Positions 40,791 through 47,595 of a stretch of 64,000 nucleotides of DNA are shown here, piece by piece. The position numbers and the translations under genes were made by a program. The stretch comes from an uncultured Gammaproteobacteria bacterium (GTDB lineage: Bacteria > Patescibacteriota > Patescibacteriia > Magasanikbacterales > GWA2-37-8): NCBI GenBank assembly GCA_964355175.1, contig CAYHBZ010000001.1, forward strand, positions 240,523 through 304,522. Reading direction: 5' to 3'. The stretch's first letter is position 1; each line of letters begins with the position of its first letter. Below the pieces are notes generated by a model. It was not told the origin of the DNA. It did no database searches and worked only from the letters and a program-made list of their open reading frames with translations.

Positions 40791-40815
40791 GTCATTCCCG
40801 CGAAAGCGGGAATCT
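40791..40815. repeat. ATTCCC-N8-GGGAAT palindromic element (dRS3-like)
   Basis: GTCATTCCCGCGAAAGCGGGAATC. Confidence 0.7.
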
Positions 40816-40948
40816 ATATGTACTGATACAAGAGGCAAAAGGTATTATTTTTTTCTAAATTTTAGGAATACATAATACCCTTTGCCTCTGGAATTTTCTC
40901 CTGAGGCATCCGTCGGTTGGGCCCGACATTTCCCTCTGGAGGTATCCC

Positions 40949-41458
40949 ATGCGCCACAAGCGCTTCGTTCCCGTGTTCGTGGTTCTGGCCATTGTAGCCG
41001 CGCAACTCTTCACCGGGACCGCCAAGGCCGAGCCGGCCGTCGGCAAGGACATGCGCAAGCTGCACGTGATGAACAATTGTTCCGACGAGCAGTGCTTCTA
41101 CACCGAAATCCCCAAGGGCTGGCACGCCCCCAAGGAAAAACCAAACCCCGCGCAAGTCCGCCAAGTCTACTACCTGGCAGACGACCGCTCGAACCAGAAG
41201 AAGCTCTCGGTCGTTTCGATCACCCCGACCGACCAGGAAAAGAGCGACTTCAAGGAGAAGATGCATCAACAGTGCGAAGCGCAGTCGGCCCGGTACGGTT
41301 GGGACAAGAAAACCTGCCTGAACAACCGGCAAGAACTCAAGCAGACGATGTACGCGATCTGTACGCCCAGCATCAAGGGCTGCGACAAGTTCGAGTGCTT
41401 GAAGGACTGCTACGAGCCGTACCCGACCAAGCCGCCGGCGCGCAACGCCAAGAAGTAG
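40949..41458 (+). CDS. GC-rich orphan protein C (169 aa), secreted and Cys-rich
   Basis: GGAGGT SD; Sec signal peptide ending AKA-EPA; 8 Cys; 25 of first 30 codons end in G/C. Confidence 0.8.
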   Translation: MRHKRFVPVFVVLAIVAAQLFTGTAKAEPAVGKDMRKLHVMNNCSDEQCFYTEIPKGWHAPKEKPNPAQVRQVYYLADDRSNQKKLSVVSITPTDQEKSDFKEKMHQQCEAQSARYGWDKKTCLNNRQELKQTMYAICTPSIKGCDKFECLKDCYEPYPTKPPARNAKK

Positions 41459-41601
41459 ACGGGGGTGCTACCGTCGACGCGTGTCCCACTCGCCAACAAG
41501 CGGGCAGTGGGACGCAGGCAGTATAAAATATCACTCGCCGCGCAATTTGAAAATAACATATTTGTTTTCAGATTGTGCGAGTGATATAAACGCTTAAATA
41601 T

Positions 41602-41630
41602 AAAAACATCCGAATTTTCGGGTGTTTTTT
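41602..41630 (+). terminator. Intrinsic terminator closing cassette C
   Basis: AAAAACATCCGAA-TT-TTCGGGTGTTTTTT. Confidence 0.7.
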
Positions 41631-41695
41631 GTTTATGATTGACTGCCTTGCCTATATTTTGTATACTAGGATTATTAAATAAAATAATAATTTAT

Positions 41696-42058
41696 ATGGA
41701 GGAAATTATTAAAAAATTAGATGTGCTTGATACCAAGGTCGAAAAAATCGACCAGAGGTTAGACGAGCACGGCGGTAAGTTCGAAAAGTTTTTCAACACC
41801 CTTGATGAGCATACAAACATACTAGATGAGCACACTGAACAATTGGATATTATCGCTCGTACGGTAGCAGAACATAGCGGACGCCTGGATAGAATCGAAT
41901 ACAAACTCGAAGGAATGGAAACTAAGATAGACAAAGTGATAAATATTTTGGATGATGTGGCTGGGTTGGTCAAAAAGCACGATGAAGAAATAGTGATAAT
42001 TAATCACAATCACAGAACATTGGATCGACGCGTAGAGATACTAGAACAGAAAGTTTAA
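41696..42058 (+). CDS. Coiled-coil hypothetical protein
   Basis: Heptad repeats (LDEH...); own TTGACT-17-TATACT promoter at 41639-41667. Confidence 0.75.
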   Translation: MEEIIKKLDVLDTKVEKIDQRLDEHGGKFEKFFNTLDEHTNILDEHTEQLDIIARTVAEHSGRLDRIEYKLEGMETKIDKVINILDDVAGLVKKHDEEIVIINHNHRTLDRRVEILEQKV

Positions 42059-42063
42059 ACAAA

Positions 42064-42097
42064 TAAAATATCCCGAATTTATCGGGATATTTTTTAT
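42064..42097. terminator. Bidirectional terminator
   Basis: AAAATATCCCGA-ATTTA-TCGGGATATTTT. Confidence 0.75.
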
Positions 42098-42103
42098 TTA
42101 AAA

Positions 42104-42805
42104 TTATTTTGTCGCGATCGCCACCAAATTACGGCCGGTCTTGCCAGTAAACTTTACATTACTATCATAAGACATTTTAATATTTTTAAATCCGGCTCTT
42201 TTTAAAAGTGATTTTAATTCCTCTTGGCTAAAATGATGATAATACCTTTTTACTATCGACTCCCCTTTTCCATTTTTCCAAGGAACAATAAAATCATTCT
42301 CATTAATTTTTTCCCAATCTGTTTTCAATTTACTTTGCGCCCAATCGGATTCAAAATTCCAATTCCTTAAAATTATTTTCCCTTTTGGTTTTAATTCCTG
42401 ATAAATTTTTTTGAGCGTATCCAGGCGAGTGGCATCATCTGGCAAATGATGAAAAGAGGCTATAAAAAATGCCAAATCGAAAAATTCATTTGAAAATTTT
42501 TTTGGTCGGGCGGCGGTAGAAAAAAATTTAACTTGGCCAGATTTAATTTTATCGGCCCATTGTTTCTTGGCCTCGCTGAGCAATCCAATACTTTGATCCA
42601 AACCAAAATAGTTTACTTTTTTACCTTCAAGTAAATAAATAAGCCGTCCATTGCCGCAGCCCCAATCCAAAATATTTTGACCATTTTTAAGAAGTTTTTT
42701 AAACGGTTTGAGGTCGTCTCCAAGCTTGTAACGGGTAGCGGCATATAGGGGGGCGATAAGGTTGTAATCTTCCCGGGTTTTGTGTATAATGGCCTTTGAA
42801 TCCAT
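42104..42805 (-). CDS. Trm9/ALKBH8-like SAM-dependent tRNA methyltransferase
   Basis: LDWGCGNGR, IASFHHL, DFIVPWK, RYYHHFSQEEL; likely start ATG 42805. Confidence 0.75.
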   Translation of the reverse strand: MDSKAIIHKTREDYNLIAPLYAATRYKLGDDLKPFKKLLKNGQNILDWGCGNGRLIYLLEGKKVNYFGLDQSIGLLSEAKKQWADKIKSGQVKFFSTAARPKKFSNEFFDLAFFIASFHHLPDDATRLDTLKKIYQELKPKGKIILRNWNFESDWAQSKLKTDWEKINENDFIVPWKNGKGESIVKRYYHHFSQEELKSLLKRAGFKNIKMSYDSNVKFTGKTGRNLVAIATK

Positions 42806-44416
42806 ATGGAAAAAATCAAGAGTATTGAAGAAAAAATTATCCGGGAGTGCTATAAAAAACCTCCAAAAAAACCAGACGATATCAATGTGATAAAGCGTCG
42901 AATTTTGCGCGCCCATTTTGGCGGCGGCACACCACCGACTTCGACACAATTGCTTAAAGCATATCATAAACTAGTCAAAGAAAACAAGCTCAAACCCAAC
43001 CTGGCTCTGGAAAATGTGCTCCAGCGCCGCGCGGTGCGCACCATGTCCGGTGTGACTATCGTCACTGCTCTCACCAAGCCATATCCATGCCCAGGTCTCT
43101 GCACCTACTGCCCCACCGAAGCGCGCATGCCCAAGAGTTATATTTCCGACGAGCCGGCGGCGGCCCGGGCTTTGGCTTTGGAATTTGATCCTTATGAACA
43201 AACTTGGCGCCGTCTCGAGGCGCTACGCAAAAATGGCCATCCGATTGATAAGGTAGAATTAATTATCAAAGGTGGTACTTGGAATTCTTATCCGATTACT
43301 TATCAATACTGGTTTATCGCCCGCTGTTTTGAAGCCTGCAATCGCGTACGCAAAACCAAAGTATCGGAAAAAATGACGTTGGATGAATTGCGAGCGGCGA
43401 TGGTAAAAATTCAAAATAAAAATGAAACGGCTAAACATCGTATTATTGGTTTAACTTTGGAAACTCGTCCGGATTTTATTACTCATAAAACAATTCTCGC
43501 GATGCGTGAAATGGGTACCACTCGTATTGAAATCGGTGTGCAGCATATCGACGAAAAAATAATGAAGATGACCAAACGCGGACATGGACTGAAAGAAACC
43601 GTAGACGCAAGTAAACTTTTGCGCCAATACGGATTTAAAGTAGATTATCATTTGATGCCGCAACTGCCATTTAGCACTCCAGCCAAAGATCTCAAAATGT
43701 TACGCCAAATTTTTACCGACAATCGTCTGCGTCCCGACATGATTAAAATTTATCCATGTACGGTCGTAAAAAATTCCGAATTATACGAATGGGTAAAAAC
43801 CGGACAGTTCAAACCTTACGCCGACAAACATCTTCTGCGAATTCTCAAAGAATTTAAATCTGATGTCCCCCGCTATCTACGCATCTCGCGCCTGATTCGT
43901 GACATTCCATCTCATCATATCGTGGCGGGAAATATGGTCACCAATTTACGCCAAGTAATTCAAGCGGAAATGAAAGCCGAAGGAAACACTTGTCGCTGTT
44001 TGCGTTGTCGCGAAGTGGGCCACCAGACCGAGATTGATTGGAAAAAAGAAAAAATAAAAAAATTCGTAGACCAATACGAAACCAGCGGTGGCCAAGAATA
44101 CTTTATGAGTTTTGAAAATGAAACGCGTGACGCGGTGTTGGCTTTTTGTCGCTTCCGTATTGATCCGTCCGGCATCTATCCGGCCTTTGTGCGCGAGCTA
44201 CATGTATACGGACAGTCCGTAGAAATCGCTGGACACAAAAAAGGCGCTTCTCAACACACTGGCTTTGGAAAAGAACTGGTAAAAACCGCGATGGAAATTT
44301 GTAAACAAAATAAAATACCGCGCTTGGCGGTAATTTCGGGTGTGGGCGTGCGTGATTACTATCGCAAACAAGGTGCGAAGCTGGATGGAAATTATATGGT
44401 CTTTGATGTTAAATAA
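42806..44416 (+). CDS. elp3: Elp3 tRNA uridine(34) acetyltransferase (radical SAM + KAT)
   Basis: VRTMSGV, PCPGLCTYCP, PKSY, GGTW, ETRPD, KIYP, RELHVYG, QHTGFG, ISGVGVRDYYRK. Confidence 0.95.
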   Translation: MEKIKSIEEKIIRECYKKPPKKPDDINVIKRRILRAHFGGGTPPTSTQLLKAYHKLVKENKLKPNLALENVLQRRAVRTMSGVTIVTALTKPYPCPGLCTYCPTEARMPKSYISDEPAAARALALEFDPYEQTWRRLEALRKNGHPIDKVELIIKGGTWNSYPITYQYWFIARCFEACNRVRKTKVSEKMTLDELRAAMVKIQNKNETAKHRIIGLTLETRPDFITHKTILAMREMGTTRIEIGVQHIDEKIMKMTKRGHGLKETVDASKLLRQYGFKVDYHLMPQLPFSTPAKDLKMLRQIFTDNRLRPDMIKIYPCTVVKNSELYEWVKTGQFKPYADKHLLRILKEFKSDVPRYLRISRLIRDIPSHHIVAGNMVTNLRQVIQAEMKAEGNTCRCLRCREVGHQTEIDWKKEKIKKFVDQYETSGGQEYFMSFENETRDAVLAFCRFRIDPSGIYPAFVRELHVYGQSVEIAGHKKGASQHTGFGKELVKTAMEICKQNKIPRLAVISGVGVRDYYRKQGAKLDGNYMVFDVK

Positions 44417-45410
44417 AAAACTCTCGTGCTGATCGGATCAGAGCAATATTATTCGCGCCGGCAGCATACAGCTCCGGTGCGTTTTCTTTATTTATTCCAC
44501 CGATAGCTACCCATGGAATAAATATTTCTTTTTTAATTTTCTTGATTGCTTCCACGCCGACCGGTATGCGATCTTTTTTTATTGGGGTTGGGAAAATTGG
44601 GCCAATACTTACATAGTCCGCGCCCTCTGCTACTGACACTTTCATCTGATCCAAATTATTATTGGACTTACCAATAATTTTCGCGCTGCCCAAAATTTTT
44701 CTGGCTTGCAATAGCGGCATGTCTGCTTGGCCAATATGAATACCAGCCACTGGTAATTTAGCGGCGACTTCGGCACAATCGTCGATGATCAAAAGTATCG
44801 GCGTATAATCAAACGCGGTTTTATCTTTTTTATCTATATATTCGCAAAGAAATTTAGCTTGATTATAAATTTCATTTTTGTCCCCGGTTTTATTTCTGAG
44901 TTGCAACACTTTGGCACCATGATCCATGAGCCAAATTAATTCATCCGTGCTATCACTGACCGGATACACAATTCCAGATTCAAAATATAATTGGAGCCAA
45001 TAATGCGGGGTCGCGGACAACACTTCAAACTCTAGACGATAAACATCGTGGCGTAATTTCTCAAAGTATGAAAAATGGTGAGGAAGGTAAATTTTGGAGT
45101 ATTCTTCGAGCACGCGCAAAGCCTCCTCTAGACGAGAAAAATTGGCTTTCATTAAACCCCAGAAATTGCGTCTAGCGGCCAAGTTGTTCTCTTCACTACC
45201 TTTGCCCACATCCTGTCCAAAATCGCGCCCAGTCAATCTAGTGGCTGAACCTAACAAATACTCCAGCTGTGCCAAAAGATGTCGTAACGGTCGAATTTTG
45301 GCGTACAGAGCCTCATTGCGTAACACAAATCTAGCGGTATCTTCTACCACTCTCATTCCCTCTTTTGCCCTACTTAAATTGGCATCAATTAGCGAAAAAT
45401 CTGTATTCAT
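44409..45410 (-). CDS. thiE: Thiamine-phosphate synthase with N-terminal ThiD2-like helical domain
   Basis: IDANLSRAKEGMRVVED, NFSRLEEALRVLEE; QLRNK, GIHIGQAD, DYVSIGPIFPT..K, AIGGI. Confidence 0.88.
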   Translation of the reverse strand: MNTDFSLIDANLSRAKEGMRVVEDTARFVLRNEALYAKIRPLRHLLAQLEYLLGSATRLTGRDFGQDVGKGSEENNLAARRNFWGLMKANFSRLEEALRVLEEYSKIYLPHHFSYFEKLRHDVYRLEFEVLSATPHYWLQLYFESGIVYPVSDSTDELIWLMDHGAKVLQLRNKTGDKNEIYNQAKFLCEYIDKKDKTAFDYTPILLIIDDCAEVAAKLPVAGIHIGQADMPLLQARKILGSAKIIGKSNNNLDQMKVSVAEGADYVSIGPIFPTPIKKDRIPVGVEAIKKIKKEIFIPWVAIGGINKENAPELYAAGANNIALIRSAREFFI

Positions 45411-45485
45411 AAGGCATTTGCCTGGTTATTGGCGTTATGGTATCATAAATATCACTAAAAGCAAGTTACAATATGATCTAGTATC

Positions 45486-45661
45486 ACTCGCGAATACATC
45501 CCTTTCACTCACCTAGAAAACACTCGGATAATTTGCAACTCCCTGAGCCTCTGGCCCTGAACTCGCCTGTGGGCTCAAACAGCAGGGCCAGCCACGACTC
45601 TGGGACTCACAAATTATTTCCTCGTGTTTTCACGGTTCGTTACAGGGATATATTCGCGAGT
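45486..45661. repeat. ~176-nt imperfect hairpin element, copy 2
   Basis: ACTCGCGAATA/TATTCGCGAGT termini; core homologous to 29539-29657. Confidence 0.8.
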
Positions 45662-45693
45662 TCTTTATTTTTATAAAATTTTTTATCTATCCT

Positions 45694-46941
45694 ATGTACA
45701 CTCATACACTAAAAGAGTTCGATCCGATTGTTTTGGAAAGTATTAAAAAAGAACAACAACGCCAAGAAGAAGGACTGGAAATGATCCCGTCTGAAAATTT
45801 TGTTTCCCCGGCTGTGCTTGAAGCACTTGGATCTGTGCTTACCAATAAATATTCAGAAGGTTATGCTGGCAAACGCTATTATGGTGGTTGTGAATTTATT
45901 GATGAAGTGGAAACTTTGGCGATCGAACGCGCTAAATTACTTTTTGGTGCGGAACATGTGAATGTCCAGCCGCTTTCTGGTGCACCGGCAAATGTGGCTG
46001 TCTATTTTGCTTTATTGCAACCAGGTGATACGGTACTTGGCATGGACCTATCTCACGGCGGACACCTGACTCACGGACACCCGGTGACCTACATGGCAAA
46101 AATTTTTAATTTCATTAGGTACAAAACTAACGCCGAGGGAAAAATTGATTTGGATAATTTGCGCACTATGGCACTGGAGCACAAACCAAAAATTATTTTG
46201 GTTGGATACAGTGCGTATTCACGCGAAATTGAATATGAAAAAATAAAAGCAATCGCGGATGAAGTTGGCGCTATCACTATGGCCGACATTGCGCACATCG
46301 CTGGCTTGATTGCCGGCGGACAGATGAACAATCCGGTGCCACTTTTTGATGTCGTCACTACCACTACCCACAAAACTTTGCGCGGTCCTCGTGGTGGTAT
46401 GATTATGTGTAAAGAAAAATTTGCCAGCGCAATTGATAAAGCGGTATTCCCTGGTCTGCAAGGCGGGCCACACGAAAATAATATTGCAGCTAAGGCAGTT
46501 GCTTTCAAAGAAGCACTGTTACCTGAATTCAAAGAATATACTGCTCAGATAAAAAAGAACGCCAAAGTACTCGAATCTAAATTTAATGAATTTGGTTACA
46601 AACTTTGTTTTGGTGGCACTGACAACCACCTGCTTTTGATTGATGTGACTATGAAAGGTATTGGCGGTAAACAGGCTCAAATCGCGCTTGATAAAGCTGG
46701 TATCACGGTGAACAAAAATATGATTCCAGATGATACTCGTTCTCCTTTTGATCCTAGCGGTATCCGCCTAGGCACTCCTGCTCTGACCACTCGTGGCATG
46801 AAAGAAGCTGAGATGGAAACAATCGCCACCTGGATAAATGAAGTGATAATAAATCATGATAACGAAACAAAATTGGCTGAGATAAAAAACCAGGTGAAAG
46901 AATTAACCAAAAAATTCCCTCTTTACCCGACATTGGTCTAA
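45694..46941 (+). CDS. glyA: Serine hydroxymethyltransferase
   Basis: [46 protein letters not shown]. Confidence 0.98.
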   Translation: MYTHTLKEFDPIVLESIKKEQQRQEEGLEMIPSENFVSPAVLEALGSVLTNKYSEGYAGKRYYGGCEFIDEVETLAIERAKLLFGAEHVNVQPLSGAPANVAVYFALLQPGDTVLGMDLSHGGHLTHGHPVTYMAKIFNFIRYKTNAEGKIDLDNLRTMALEHKPKIILVGYSAYSREIEYEKIKAIADEVGAITMADIAHIAGLIAGGQMNNPVPLFDVVTTTTHKTLRGPRGGMIMCKEKFASAIDKAVFPGLQGGPHENNIAAKAVAFKEALLPEFKEYTAQIKKNAKVLESKFNEFGYKLCFGGTDNHLLLIDVTMKGIGGKQAQIALDKAGITVNKNMIPDDTRSPFDPSGIRLGTPALTTRGMKEAEMETIATWINEVIINHDNETKLAEIKNQVKELTKKFPLYPTLV

Positions 46942-46945
46942 AGGG

Positions 46946-46974
46946 TTGACAAAAACTAAAAAAACCTCTATAAT
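46946..46974 (+). promoter_or_regulatory. Perfect consensus sigma70 promoter for cassette D, overlapping the glyA terminator
   Basis: TTGACA-17 bp-TATAAT; hairpin AAAAAACCTCTATAA/TTATAGAGGTTTTTT overlaps it. Confidence 0.85.
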
Positions 46975-47137
46975 GAAATGTTTATAGAGGTTTTTTCATT
47001 CTATAAAATTGTTCTTTGATAAGTTTCGCTTACCAATAGCAAAAAGGAAGTATATAATGCTTCTTATTTGCTGTTGGGAGGTGAACGAAACTTTTCGTTC
47101 TGTTTCACTTCAGTAAACCCGAGCCCAAGGAAAGAAA

Positions 47138-47440
47138 GTGCAGATCCTATTTACGATCTTGGTCCCGTCTGTTTTGGCCTACCTTCTCTTCATTTTCGGG
47201 CGGCGACAACTCCGCAAGAGGGAGTGGGCGCGCCTCACCGGGAAGCGGTGGCAGGAACCGAGCAGCGAGTTCGAAAACACCTGGTCATTCCAGGACACGA
47301 TCCTCACGGTCATCGCCAAGTCCGGCGATCATGACCGCTTCGAAGCTACTCGCAAGCTTGCTAGCCAATTGGAGCTCGGACATCCGTGGACCAGCCGTCC
47401 GCGCGAGATTCCGCAATTCGGGGTCTACGCCAACCGATGA
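47138..47440 (+). CDS. GC-rich orphan protein D (100 aa), N-terminal TM helix
   Basis: AAGGA SD before GTG; hydrophobic N-terminus followed by Arg cluster; enclosed by long-range stem. Confidence 0.7.
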   Translation: MQILFTILVPSVLAYLLFIFGRRQLRKREWARLTGKRWQEPSSEFENTWSFQDTILTVIAKSGDHDRFEATRKLASQLELGHPWTSRPREIPQFGVYANR

Positions 47441-47539
47441 ATCCGACGAGACAGAACGAAGACGGCGACGGAGTGCAAACTCCGCCGCCTGCTTCAATGA
47501 AATACTTTTGCAAAAAGGTAAAGGTACTTGATTAAAGCA

Positions 47540-47595
47540 AATTTAAAAAATAAAAAAGAACTAAAATTTTTTAGTTCTTTTTTATTTTTTAAATT
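47540..47595. terminator. Bidirectional terminator / 27-bp perfect inverted repeat
   Basis: AATTTAAAAAATAAAAAAGAACTAAAA-TT-reverse complement. Confidence 0.7.

Noticed and set aside
37860-41630. Integron cassettes, prophage or IS explaining the GC-rich orphans
   Set aside because: No integrase or transposase, no recognisable attC sites or target duplications; units are dispersed and in both orientations.
45540-45595. TPP riboswitch upstream of thiE (CTGAG...CCCTGAAC...AGCAGGG)
   Set aside because: The resemblance is on the wrong strand for thiE, lacks the CTGAGA/ACCTGA/GGTAAT core, and a homologous copy occurs at a non-thiamine locus.
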